A stretch of 47,929 nucleotides of DNA. Origin: Verrucomicrobiota bacterium (lineage in GTDB: Bacteria > Verrucomicrobiota > Verrucomicrobiia > Methylacidiphilales > JBCBYL01). The position numbers and the translations under genes are program-made. The notes beneath the pieces are model-generated. The model did no database searches. It was not told where the DNA came from and saw only the letters and a program-made list of their open reading frames with translations. This document shows positions 17,589-26,926 of the stretch, in pieces. Positions within the stretch are counted from its first letter, which is position 1; the number at the start of each line of letters is the position of its first letter. The DNA is taken from positions 1-47,929 of the forward strand of contig JBCBYL010000002.1 of assembly GCA_039815855.1 (NCBI GenBank), written 5' to 3'.

Positions 17589-18389
17589 TTAAGCTGTGAT
17601 CGTCGCAATTTCTGCTTCGGCCTGCTGGTCCGCTTGAGCTGCTGCGAGCGCCTTAGACCATGAACCGAAAAAGCGTGGCTTACAAGCTGCCGCAAAGAGA
17701 GCCGGCGCTTCCTGGCGCACATCACTACTTTGCATGCGAACACCTTGATCACGGAGTTCACGGATTCCTGAAACGATGTCTTCTTTCGTCCAGCGACGGC
17801 GGCGGCGAATTGAAGCGTAGTCGATACCTGCTTTTTCTACTGCGGTTCCCCAGCTCCCGAAACGGCGCCTCGCTGTTGCGATCAGTGGGTTTGCTGTCTC
17901 ATCCATTGTTTTGGAGCTGATATCCGCGCCTTCTTGTTTCAAGCGGCGAATCTCATCCAGGATGGTTTGATCATCCCATGACCGGTAACGATAAATTTCT
18001 TCTGGAGCTAAACCGGCTGAGGTCAAAGCAGACTTCCATGACCCAAAATGCTTTGGTCGAATCGCCGCGTGGACCATTGAATTGTATTTGCTCAGCATCA
18101 TCGAGCGGAAAGAAAGATCTACTCCTTGCTCGTGAAGCTTCTGAATGGTTCCGATGATACGATCCTTGGTCCAATCGTTATACTTACGAACGTCGTCGTA
18201 ATCAATCCCAGCTGCGGTTACTGCCGTTTTCCAACTTCCGTGGTAACGGATGCCTGCTGCGAGCAGTTCCTGAAAGTTCTTGCGAACGTAGTGTGAATAC
18301 AGGGGCTTTCCTTCTTCATTCCACTGACGAATTTCATCTAATACATCAGAGGATGACCATTTTCTATTCTTGCGTGTGCGTTGAATCAT
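17589..18389 (-). CDS. Protein made of four tandem homing-endonuclease-associated (HNH_repeat-like) repeats, with no nuclease domain
   Basis: 266 aa. It has four units of about 60-65 aa with the pattern W(S/T)x(D/E)xI(L/I)xxIRxLxxxG...(F/H)GSWxxAxxxAG(I/L). Confidence 0.6.
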   Translation of the reverse strand: MIQRTRKNRKWSSSDVLDEIRQWNEEGKPLYSHYVRKNFQELLAAGIRYHGSWKTAVTAAGIDYDDVRKYNDWTKDRIIGTIQKLHEQGVDLSFRSMMLSKYNSMVHAAIRPKHFGSWKSALTSAGLAPEEIYRYRSWDDQTILDEIRRLKQEGADISSKTMDETANPLIATARRRFGSWGTAVEKAGIDYASIRRRRRWTKEDIVSGIRELRDQGVRMQSSDVRQEAPALFAAACKPRFFGSWSKALAAAQADQQAEAEIATITA

Positions 18390-18540
18390 ATTTTATTCCG
18401 GTTAATTGTTACAAAATGAGATACGCATAAATGATGCCAAAGTTGCGATGCACATTTTTATTCTCTTTAAATCTTTAGTGGTTAGCCGTTTTTTTATCAA
18501 TTTACGCTTTGCTGCGTAAAAGTAGTTTCATTAATTTATC

Positions 18541-19038
18541 TTATTTTAAGACTAAATCAATCATTTCTTCTTTGGCGAACGTAAAGAATCCTTCGAAATA
18601 ATTGCCGGACAACATTTTAGGTATCCAAAATTCATCATCCTTCCACATTTGGTCATAGGGAATTTCATCAATTAGACACCAGAATGGATCCGCTTCATCG
18701 GTTTCTTGAGGATTTCCTGAATAGTCTGACGTCCGGAAGACAGAGCATTCGATGCCCAGACCATCGGTAAATTGAAAGTGCAGCTTTCCAGAGAGTTCTA
18801 AATTTGAAACACGAACGCAGACTTCCTCTTCCGTCTCTCGGATGGCAGCCTGCTCTGCTGTTTCACCGGGATCGATCTTTCCCCCGGGCCCGTTGACCTT
18901 TCCTGCACCCAATCCTCTTTTTTTCCGGATCAGTAAAACGTTGCCATCCACGATCAGAAAGCAGAGCACCGCCCTCTGAGTCGGTTGCCAGCTTGCCCAA
19001 TCGAGGGATTTGAGTTCTTCAATGGTATAGGTCTTCAT
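18541..19038 (-). CDS. NUDIX hydrolase (MutT-like)
   Basis: 165 aa with the Nudix box GPGGKIDPGETAEQAAIRETEEEVCV. Confidence 0.85.
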   Translation of the reverse strand: MKTYTIEELKSLDWASWQPTQRAVLCFLIVDGNVLLIRKKRGLGAGKVNGPGGKIDPGETAEQAAIRETEEEVCVRVSNLELSGKLHFQFTDGLGIECSVFRTSDYSGNPQETDEADPFWCLIDEIPYDQMWKDDEFWIPKMLSGNYFEGFFTFAKEEMIDLVLK

Positions 19039-19094
19039 GAATGGATGATCTGGGAAAGTGCTTAAAAGCAGAGAGCCGGATTGGCACAGTGTCT

Positions 19095-19961
19095 CTACTC
19101 TGTGCTGTTTTGATCAGATAATTTTTGGCTGGCACGCTCCAGAAAAGATCGTTCTTCAGGCGACAGGCTATCCATACCATCGCGGGAAATTTTCTCCAGG
19201 ATCTGGTCGACACTGCTCTCCTCATTTCTCAGTTGAGTCTGATGCGCCTGGCGGCGTTTTTCGATCCGGGCGGACTGACGCTGTGCACTCCAGCCTTGCC
19301 AACTCTCAAATAAAGTAAGCCCTCCGCCGACTCCGTTATATTTCAAATAGAGCCAGGCTGTCGAAACCGAGATCCACATCAAGGCGAGAGAAAGCCACTG
19401 ATGGCTGGCAATATTGACTAGGGTAGAAACAGATAAGAAAATCACCGCCAGCCACTTCGCCTTGATACGGAAGAAGAATTCAACGTTCGGATAAATGGTG
19501 GCAAACCCGATCAGGACGGCGAAGTGAAGATAAAATGACCCGGCTAGAATCATATTGGAGCCGCTAAAAAGAAAAAGTGGAGTCATCAAAGCCGGAGGCA
19601 TTAAAATGAGCATGGCATAGAACCAGGCAAAATTATTTCTCCCAATGAAGCGCTCGACCTCCCGCCCCGTAAAAAAGAACACCACCAACTCGAGAGCGAA
19701 GAATATGTTGCGCTCCGCAATATTATTACAGAAAGCATAAGTCGCAGCTGTCCAAATTTTACCTAAAGAAAGGTTGGCCAGGCTAAAATTGACCCAGTTG
19801 TCCAGTGCCGCTTGAGCTCCAAAGGCAATTACGAATGTCGTGATCAGCATCGTGATGATCTGGGTGACGATAATGATCATGGTCACATCGACCGGAATGC
19901 CTCTCACATAAGTGAGCGGAGCATAAGATCCAGATGATGGTGGCCAATAGCGGTGTCCCAT
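19095..19961 (-). CDS. Polytopic membrane protein, rhomboid-like fold (uncertain) with a charged C-terminal tail
   Basis: 288 aa with about 6 TM helices. The layout IWTAATYAF...GREVERFIG...LAGSFYLHF is reminiscent of rhomboids, but the GxSG motif is not canonical. Confidence 0.4.
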   Translation of the reverse strand: MGHRYWPPSSGSYAPLTYVRGIPVDVTMIIIVTQIITMLITTFVIAFGAQAALDNWVNFSLANLSLGKIWTAATYAFCNNIAERNIFFALELVVFFFTGREVERFIGRNNFAWFYAMLILMPPALMTPLFLFSGSNMILAGSFYLHFAVLIGFATIYPNVEFFFRIKAKWLAVIFLSVSTLVNIASHQWLSLALMWISVSTAWLYLKYNGVGGGLTLFESWQGWSAQRQSARIEKRRQAHQTQLRNEESSVDQILEKISRDGMDSLSPEERSFLERASQKLSDQNSTE

Positions 19962-20069
19962 AGGACTTAGCAGCCTAACCCATCATGACCGACTGAGCAA
20001 GTACGTCACCATATCGTTAAAGAGCCGCCACGGAGTGGCAGAACCTGCCATCAGTGTTATAAAGTTGAA

Positions 20070-20480
20070 ATGAAAGCAACACTTTGCGGACTCGTCATCG
20101 GCATCTTCCTTGGTCTCAGCCCCTTATCGCAAATGGACGTTCTTCCTGGTAAGGCACTCTGGACCCTGGGATTAGGCCTGGGGATCACTTACCTCAGTAT
20201 TGGAGCCCTGGTCGGGTTTCTGCCCCTCATTGGCCCATTTCAGAAGGCCAGTGCCAGCCGTTGGGTGGGAGTGCTTTTCGGTTTTGTCGTGGGAGCCGCC
20301 TATTCGGTTCCCGGCGCCTTCTTCACCATGGCCCCCTACCCTCTGGCAGAGGACGCCGCGCCATATTGGCGTGAATTTTCCGATGGAGGGTTACGAGCCT
20401 TCTTCCTGACCCTCAGCTTTGGGGGTGCCATTGGTGGCCTTTGCGGCCTGTTCCGTAAGAACCTGAAAGTAACTGCCTAA
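20070..20480 (+). CDS. Small integral membrane protein (about 4 TM), hypothetical
   Basis: 136-aa Gly/Leu-rich hydrophobic ORF. I recognise no family. Confidence 0.55.
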   Translation: MKATLCGLVIGIFLGLSPLSQMDVLPGKALWTLGLGLGITYLSIGALVGFLPLIGPFQKASASRWVGVLFGFVVGAAYSVPGAFFTMAPYPLAEDAAPYWREFSDGGLRAFFLTLSFGGAIGGLCGLFRKNLKVTA

Positions 20481-20483
20481 AAA

Positions 20484-20942
20484 GTGGTAAGTCCATCTCC
20501 CGTCATTGCGCCTGCCACGGCGAAGCTCTACGCGACTTGTGGGGTCGTAGTACGGCGGCTGCCGCACGAAGCCCCAAGACGGGAGCGCATAGCGACGCGG
20601 CAAAACGCTGTTCACGAATCCTGAGTGAACACTCCACTACTCATTTCATTCTCGTTTAGTTTAACCGGAACAAAGTGGAGGTTAAAGAATCCAGACCGTT
20701 TGATGTAAGTCAACCAAGCCACTCTGCACTCTAAAGCCCATGCGTGTGGATTGCTTCACTCTGTTCGCAATGACCCGGGATGGTGAATTAGTCTGTTGTC
20801 ATTGCGAGGAGCGTAGCGACGCGGCAATCCAGATCGATTGATGTAAGTAAATCTGTCCAGTCCGCACCCTCACCCTCACGTACGCAGATTGCCTTCCTAA
20901 TTCCTAATTCTTCCTTCTTCACTCTCCCTTCTCAATTCCTCC
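20484..20942 (+). repeat. Composite GC-rich hairpin repeat element, copy 2 (between convergent genes)
   Basis: Colinear with copy 1 over about 345 nt. The long stem-loop is at 20497-20585. Its TC-rich tail (about 20897-20942) overlaps the 3' end of the DUF4174 gene. Confidence 0.85.
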
Positions 20943-21349
20943 CGCCTCATCGGCATCCGGTCAATTAGCTCAAAGACTACCTGCAGGGAAAAGTCTTCTT
21001 TCCTGAAGCGCTCCTTCGTTCCGCCATCGAGTCCGATTAAAGCCAAATCCGCATCTCCCAGGCGCTTTCTCACCTCCGCCAGCACCGCTTCAGATGGGGC
21101 ATTCTTGCTTCCATAGATAGACCACTCCTGATCGGAATGAATGAGGAAAAAGAGCTTCCGCTCCCGGACTTCGATTTGATTCTTAGAGATCTCCTTGCGC
21201 AGCTGGGCCAGAAAAAGAGGATTTTCTACAGATCCAATGACCAGACGCTTTTTCCACTTCAATTCAGCTAAAGACTGTGCCTCAGACATGCCCGCTGCTC
21301 CTAGAAATAAGATGATCAAGCCTATCCGCCACATGCTGTAAGATACCAC
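20897..21349 (-). CDS. DUF4174 domain-containing secreted protein
   Basis: 150 aa with a signal peptide, LKWKKRLVI near the N-terminus, and LIGLDGGTKERF...LIDRMPMRREE, the DUF4174 signature as I recall it. Confidence 0.7.
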   Translation of the reverse strand: MVSYSMWRIGLIILFLGAAGMSEAQSLAELKWKKRLVIGSVENPLFLAQLRKEISKNQIEVRERKLFFLIHSDQEWSIYGSKNAPSEAVLAEVRKRLGDADLALIGLDGGTKERFRKEDFSLQVVFELIDRMPMRREELRRESEEGRIRN

Positions 21350-21412
21350 AACTCTCGCCCCTGCCTTGCTCCTTCTTCATTCTTCATTCTGAATTCCCAA
21401 TTCTCCTCCCTC

Positions 21413-22585
21413 TCAAGCGCGGCAAGCTTCCGCAACCGCCTTCGCCACCAGCGGGGCAACCGAACGATCTAACGCCTCTGGCAGGATGTAATCGGCAGTC
21501 GGATCAGGAACGGCATTTGCCAATGCATGGGCTGCGGCAATTTTCATCTCACCAGTAATCCCGTCCGCCTGAGCATCGAGCGCCCCCCGGAAGATCCCCG
21601 GAAAAGCGAGGACGTTGTTGACCTGGTTGGGAAAGTCACTGCGGCCGGTTCCGATCACCGCCGCCCCGGCAGCTTTCGCTTCATCGGGCATGATTTCCGG
21701 GGTCGGATTGGCCATGGCGAGGATGATGGGGTCCTTAGCCATCCGCTTCACATCCTCAGCGTTGAGAAGGTTTCCCTTACTCACTCCGATAAAAACGTCC
21801 GCATCCACGAGCACCTCTTGAACACTTCCTGTAATCTGCCCGGGGTTGGTGAAACCGAGCACCCCCTTTTTCTCTGGAGTCAGGTTCTCGCGTCCTCCAT
21901 GAATGGCTCCTTTCGAATCACAGAGAATGATCTCACGAACCGGAACACAGGCAGAGCTTTCCTGGCCGACGCAGCGGAGCAATTTGGCAATAGCGGTGCC
22001 CGCTGCACCTGCCCCATTGATGACTACTTTCAGATCTTCCGGGTTTCGTCCTGTTACCTTGCAGGCATTCAGGAGTGCGGCCAGCAGGACGATAGCGGTG
22101 CCATGTTGGTCATCGTGAAAAACCGGAATGTCCAAGTCTTGGAGAGCTTCTTCGATTTCGAAGCAACGCGGCGCCCCGATATCTTCTAAATTGATCCCGC
22201 CAAAGGAAGGAGCAATCCGACGCACGGTATCGATAATTTCCTGCGAATCCTGGGTGTCTAAGCAGATCGGCCAGGCATCGATATTTGCGAATTCCTTAAA
22301 AAGAAGCGCCTTCCCCTCCATGACCGGCATCGCGGCCAGGGGCCCGATATTCCCGAGGCCCAGCACCGCAGAACCATCTGAGACCACTGCGACCGAATTT
22401 GATTTAATGGTCAGATCACGGGCTCTTGACGGATCTTGAGCAATCACCTCGCACGGACGTGCTACGCCGGGAGTATAGCCCAGGCTCAAATCATCACTGG
22501 TTCGGATCGGGAGTTTATTATGAACCGCGATTTTACCGCGAAGTTGCTCATGGAGAATCAGGCTGCGTTCAGATGTATCACTCAT
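21413..22585 (-). CDS. NAD(P)-dependent malic enzyme (short form)
   Basis: 390 aa with LSLGYTPGVA, VVSDGSAVLGLGNIG, FGGINLEDI, FHDDQHGTAIV and NGAGAAG. Confidence 0.92.
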   Translation of the reverse strand: MSDTSERSLILHEQLRGKIAVHNKLPIRTSDDLSLGYTPGVARPCEVIAQDPSRARDLTIKSNSVAVVSDGSAVLGLGNIGPLAAMPVMEGKALLFKEFANIDAWPICLDTQDSQEIIDTVRRIAPSFGGINLEDIGAPRCFEIEEALQDLDIPVFHDDQHGTAIVLLAALLNACKVTGRNPEDLKVVINGAGAAGTAIAKLLRCVGQESSACVPVREIILCDSKGAIHGGRENLTPEKKGVLGFTNPGQITGSVQEVLVDADVFIGVSKGNLLNAEDVKRMAKDPIILAMANPTPEIMPDEAKAAGAAVIGTGRSDFPNQVNNVLAFPGIFRGALDAQADGITGEMKIAAAHALANAVPDPTADYILPEALDRSVAPLVAKAVAEACRA

Positions 22586-22780
22586 GCCTATTGAGATACC
22601 CCAAACTCATCCTTATTCGATCAAAAATAAAGCCTGCGCTCTCTGTGGTAATTCTGTTTAGTGAGGATGGTCTTGAGTTCATTCCTTCACCCTTAACCCT
22701 CCATCCTTCTGACTTCATCCCCCGGGCTTGTTTTTTGATTCCATCCCTACTTCGATGGTGATACGTTTACCTCTACAAAT

Positions 22781-24325
22781 ATGAGAATAAAACTTTCTGC
22801 CATTTTCTATGTCCTGAGCGCAATTGGATGCGTCACGCTCACTGCAGCCACTAAGCCGAATATTGTCTTTCTTTACGTCGATGACTGGGCCTGGTCCGGG
22901 ACACCGATCGCCATGGATGAAGTCCATGAGAATTCACGCATGCCTATCCTCCAGATGCCCAACCTGACCAAGATGGCTGAACAAGGGATGAAGTTCCGCA
23001 ATGCTTACGGAGGACCTCAATGTGCACCGGCGCGGGTGAGCATCCAGACAGGGCAATCGGCTCCCCGTAGTGGCTACACCCTCGTCCTAGGAAAAATCAA
23101 GGACGACTACTACGATATGCGTAAGCAGTGGTCTGGCCTGCCTCTCATCCCGAATGTTTCAGACACCTCTATCAAACCAGATGCCGTCACCATCCCTGAA
23201 GTGCTCAAACCATTAGGCTATGCCAGTGCCCACGTTGGCAAATGGCACATGTATTCCGATCCCGGTGCGGAGGGTTATATCGTCCATGATGGAGACACGA
23301 CCAACACCCCTGGAAACACAATTAAAAGCGGAGGAAAGCAAATCCCAGCTGACATGACCGACCCGAAACTCATGTTCAGTATGGCGGAAAAAGCCCTCGG
23401 TTTTATTGAAGACCAGGCGAAGGCGAATAAACCGTTCTACCTGCAAATGTCTTATTATTCCATGCACGCTGGATCCGAGTGTCTTCCCGCCACCCGTGAA
23501 AAATATGCCAACATGCCCGAGGTAAAAGCCTACTACGAGCGCACCGGACAGGACCCAAATAAACTCAACCGGAAAAGTGATCCGGCGGTCTGGTTTGGCA
23601 TGGGGGAAGACATGGACACCACCTTTGGCATGATCCTCGATAAACTCGAAGCACTCGGCATCGCCGAGAACACCTACGTCGTCATGGCCGCAGATAATGG
23701 GTATCGCCACAAGGAACTCCTCGTCACCGAAGGCATGACCCAGCCCCTACACGCACATAAGTGGTGGGCCTGGGACGGCGGTATCCGCGTTCCAATGATC
23801 GTCACCGGGCCAGGCATCCCGGCCGGAACCACCTTCGAGGGGAATGTGGTCAATTACGATTTCCTTCCGACCTTCTTCGAATGGGCCGGCGGTGATCCAG
23901 AGACGTTGGAGAATATCGATGGGATCAGCCTGGCGGGTTATATGGCTGGGGAAAAGCCCGATGAAACCTTTTTAAAGCGCCCCCTCTATTTCCACGTTCC
24001 GCATTACCGCTCTGAGATCCCTCATTCCGCGATCATTTCCGGCAACCAAAAAGTCATGCACTTCTATGATTCTCCTGACACCCCCATGCTTTTTGATCTT
24101 TCTCAGGACCCGGGAGAAGTGGAGAACATCGCTACCGTTCAGCCTGAAGACCACCAAGCGCTTTTAGGACAAATGATGTCTTATTTTGAAGAAGTCGGAG
24201 CCCGGATCCCGAAAAAGAATCCTGATTTCGATCCTGAAAAATACAAAAGTAACCCCAGTTACAAAAAATATATCGCCTGGGGCGCTTTCGAAGGAAGCCG
24301 CCCTCTGGCCGATGACGAAAAATAA
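22781..24325 (+). CDS. Sulfatase (Cys-type, formylglycine-dependent)
   Basis: 514 aa with a signal peptide, [10 protein letters not shown], the active-site motif [12 protein letters not shown] (C-x-P-x-R), and GKWH. Confidence 0.9.
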   Translation: MRIKLSAIFYVLSAIGCVTLTAATKPNIVFLYVDDWAWSGTPIAMDEVHENSRMPILQMPNLTKMAEQGMKFRNAYGGPQCAPARVSIQTGQSAPRSGYTLVLGKIKDDYYDMRKQWSGLPLIPNVSDTSIKPDAVTIPEVLKPLGYASAHVGKWHMYSDPGAEGYIVHDGDTTNTPGNTIKSGGKQIPADMTDPKLMFSMAEKALGFIEDQAKANKPFYLQMSYYSMHAGSECLPATREKYANMPEVKAYYERTGQDPNKLNRKSDPAVWFGMGEDMDTTFGMILDKLEALGIAENTYVVMAADNGYRHKELLVTEGMTQPLHAHKWWAWDGGIRVPMIVTGPGIPAGTTFEGNVVNYDFLPTFFEWAGGDPETLENIDGISLAGYMAGEKPDETFLKRPLYFHVPHYRSEIPHSAIISGNQKVMHFYDSPDTPMLFDLSQDPGEVENIATVQPEDHQALLGQMMSYFEEVGARIPKKNPDFDPEKYKSNPSYKKYIAWGAFEGSRPLADDEK

Positions 24326-24379
24326 TTCAGCACAAAGATCCCCTCCCCCCAGTTGGCCTCGCCGCCTGCCCTGCGTTTG

Positions 24380-25213
24380 ATGAAAATAAAATTCCTACTC
24401 CTTATCCCCTTTTTACTGAGTTCCTGTGGCTACTTTAAGTACCAGGAAGTCGAGAGCGTCAAAAAAGCCGAACTCCAGAGCCCGGATAAGGTCATCCAGT
24501 ATTCCACCTATGCCGGCTTGATCGAAAGACTCTTCGATGGCTTTGTCACCATCGACACCGTGCTTTGCCAGGGGAACCACGGTATCGGCACCACCGATTG
24601 CCTCCACGGTGAACTCATCATCATGGATGGCATCCCCTATCGGGTCACTTACGATGGAGTCGTCGAAATCGTAGGCAAAGAGGAAACCACCCCGTATGTC
24701 ACTCTCGCCAATGTCGATCCCGATCAAGCGGTCCTCATTACCTTACCCGCCGGAACCACCGTCCAGGAACTCACTGCCAAAGTCGCTGAACTCGCTGCCG
24801 ATCAATTTCAGAAAAATTTTCCTTATGCCATCCGGTTGGAAGGCAAATTCGCCTCGGCCCGGATGCGCAGTATCCCTAAGTTAGAGAAACCTTTTATTTC
24901 TCTAGCTGATGTCGCGAAGAACCAGAGCATCTTTACCTTTGAAAACGAGTCTCTTTCCATTATCGGATTCTGGAATCCCTCTTATGCAGAGGATTTGAAT
25001 CCACCCCAGTGGCATATCCATGGTCTCAACGCCGCCCGCACCTCTGGCGGCCATGTCCTCGACTTCACCACTGCCGAGGACGTGCAGGTCTCCCTTTGGA
25101 AGCTGATCGGCTTTGATGTCAATCTGCCAGACTCCACGGAATTTGCCGAGGCCGACTTTTCCCAGGACCTCAGCGCTCAGATCCAAAAAGTCAATCGAGA
25201 CAAAGAAGACTAA
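24380..25213 (+). CDS. budA: Alpha-acetolactate decarboxylase family protein with lipoprotein signal
   Basis: It has YSTYAGLIERLFDGFVTIDTVL.QGNHGIGTTDCLHGELIIMDG, WHIHG and GGHVLDF. The N-terminus from ATG 24380 is MKIKFLLLIPFLLSSCG (lipobox LSSC). The ORF is open from a TTG at 24353. Confidence 0.8.
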   Translation: MKIKFLLLIPFLLSSCGYFKYQEVESVKKAELQSPDKVIQYSTYAGLIERLFDGFVTIDTVLCQGNHGIGTTDCLHGELIIMDGIPYRVTYDGVVEIVGKEETTPYVTLANVDPDQAVLITLPAGTTVQELTAKVAELAADQFQKNFPYAIRLEGKFASARMRSIPKLEKPFISLADVAKNQSIFTFENESLSIIGFWNPSYAEDLNPPQWHIHGLNAARTSGGHVLDFTTAEDVQVSLWKLIGFDVNLPDSTEFAEADFSQDLSAQIQKVNRDKED

Positions 25214-25224
25214 GACGCGCATCA

Positions 25225-25525
25225 TTCCGCCCGTCATTGCGCCTGCCACGGCGAAGCTCTAAGCGAAGACGGGAGAGCATAGCGACGCGGTAATCCAGAC
25301 CGTTTGACGTAGAGGGGCCAAGCCTGTCCGCACTCTCAAGCCATTGCGGATGGATTGCTTCACTCTGTTCGCAATGACCAGGAGTGGTGAATTCGTCTGT
25401 TGTCATTGCGAGCGTTAGCGAAGCAATCCAGACCGTATGACGTAGAGGGACCAAGCCTGTCCGCACTCGCACTCCCACGCACGCAGATTGCTTTCCCCCT
25501 TCTTCATTCTAAATTCCTACTTCCC
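25225..25525 (+). repeat. Composite GC-rich hairpin repeat element, copy 3 (short variant)
   Basis: It has the same modules as copies 1 and 2. The apical 47 nt of the long hairpin are replaced by 6 nt. The module atccagaccgtNtgacgtagagggNccaagcctgtccgcactc is present twice (25303-25345 and 25427-25469). The TC-rich tail includes ttcttcattctaaattcc (25500-25517). Confidence 0.8.
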
Positions 25526-25628
25526 CCCTTAAATATATCTCTATTTTTATTATTGCCCCTTAAGCGTTTGTTATTATATTGTATTTACATCGTCATTATT
25601 TTCTTTCTTTCATTAGCAAACGAAATGA

Positions 25629-26375
25629 ATGACACCCATCACTATGAGACATCTTAAGCAGAACCAATTTTCAGTTAAGGGAAATAGAGGGAAAAGAGGG
25701 AAAACATGCTATCTCCACTCTCAGGGTGGATTTTCCCTGCTCGAATTGCTTGTCGTCGTCGGAATCATCGCCCTCTTATCGACCGCCTCCATCGTGGGGT
25801 TAAGGTCGGTTGCCAGTAGCCGGGCGGTGCAAGATACGGCCAGCGGCATCGCAGGAACCGTTGAATTAGCCCGCAGTATCGCCATGTCACAGAATACCTA
25901 CGTCTGGCTGGGCATTGAACAGGTAAACAACCTGACCAACCAACCAACCGATGTCGTCGTGAGTTTAGTCCGGTCCATCGATGGCACAGCAGACCTGACC
26001 GCAGCCAATCTTAGACCTGTCAATAAGCTTCAGCGTTATTCCAACGTCCAACTTGCCGACTTCTCCTCCAGCCCACCACCCGCCAGTGGCCCGATGTCGG
26101 CCCGCTCAACCAGCCAAAGTCTAATGACCTCAGGCAGTAGCACAGCTATTTTCAACTGGCCCCCCACCGGCGGAACCCCTCTTCACATCTTCAACAATGT
26201 CCTGCGTTTCGGGCCTGACGGTTCGGTGCTTTTAGAAGGACTCACCTCCTACGCCATGATCGAGGTCGGATTACAGGAGGCGAATACGCCCGCTGTTACC
26301 GATGTCAGTGTTGGCAATATTGCTGCTGTGCAAGTCGATGGCGTCACCGGTAGGAGCCGGATCTTCCTGCCATGA
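25629..26375 (+). CDS. Prepilin-type N-terminal cleavage/methylation domain protein, GspH/FimT-like (Verru_Chthon cassette-like)
   Basis: 248 aa. The class III signal is ...HSQGG/FSLLELLVVVGIIALL with Glu at +5. The following SRAVQDTASGIAGTVELARSIA resembles GspH/FimT. An alternative start is the ATG at 25644. Confidence 0.75.
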   Translation: MTPITMRHLKQNQFSVKGNRGKRGKTCYLHSQGGFSLLELLVVVGIIALLSTASIVGLRSVASSRAVQDTASGIAGTVELARSIAMSQNTYVWLGIEQVNNLTNQPTDVVVSLVRSIDGTADLTAANLRPVNKLQRYSNVQLADFSSSPPPASGPMSARSTSQSLMTSGSSTAIFNWPPTGGTPLHIFNNVLRFGPDGSVLLEGLTSYAMIEVGLQEANTPAVTDVSVGNIAAVQVDGVTGRSRIFLP

Positions 26376-26926
26376 GACATGGGACAAAACCATCCGGATT
26401 CTCGCTCGTCGAAGTCGTCGTTGCCCTGGGTTTATGCACCTTCTGCCTGACCGTCCTCCTTGCCCTTCTTCCCACTGGGATCGATGCTAAGAAGGAGTCG
26501 GTGGAGTTGACCCAGGCCGCCAGCCTTGCCGCTGAGGTGGTCGCTGATATGCAAGCGGAGATCGACTATCTACGGGCAGCACAAAGCAACCCTAGTCCAC
26601 CTTCCGAAGGGGTAGCAAACGTTTCCCGATTCGGCTTTGCCAGACAGAACGCATCAAATTCCCCCTCTCTGTTAAATCCGGCCTCTTCCTTTTTTATTGG
26701 CCCCGGCGGGCAGCATAAGACCTCAGTGGACAGATCTATCGGTTCTGCCTCCCAATACCGGGTCGATGTCGGATTCGATCCCAGTACGAATAACAACAGC
26801 ATCAATGCGACCGCCGTCCGTATCGTTATCAGCTGGCCCGCGCAGGCACTCGGCACCACAGGCAGTTGGCCGACTGACCTTGATAACTCCTTTGAACTCA
26901 TGACCTACCTGGATTTTTCCCTATGA
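26372..26926 (+). CDS. Prepilin-type N-terminal cleavage/methylation domain protein (minor pseudopilin-like)
   Basis: 184 aa starting MRHGTKPSG/FSLVEVVVALGL with Glu at +5. An ATGA overlap joins it to the upstream gene. Confidence 0.75.
   Translation: MRHGTKPSGFSLVEVVVALGLCTFCLTVLLALLPTGIDAKKESVELTQAASLAAEVVADMQAEIDYLRAAQSNPSPPSEGVANVSRFGFARQNASNSPSLLNPASSFFIGPGGQHKTSVDRSIGSASQYRVDVGFDPSTNNNSINATAVRIVISWPAQALGTTGSWPTDLDNSFELMTYLDFSL

Noticed and set aside
18390-18540. AT-rich intergenic region checked for a tRNA or small RNA and for a terminator (hairpin tttacgc-tttgct-gcgtaaa at 18501-18520)
   Set aside because: No cloverleaf-compatible sequence is present. The 7-bp hairpin is not followed by a U-tract on the transcribed (-) strand.
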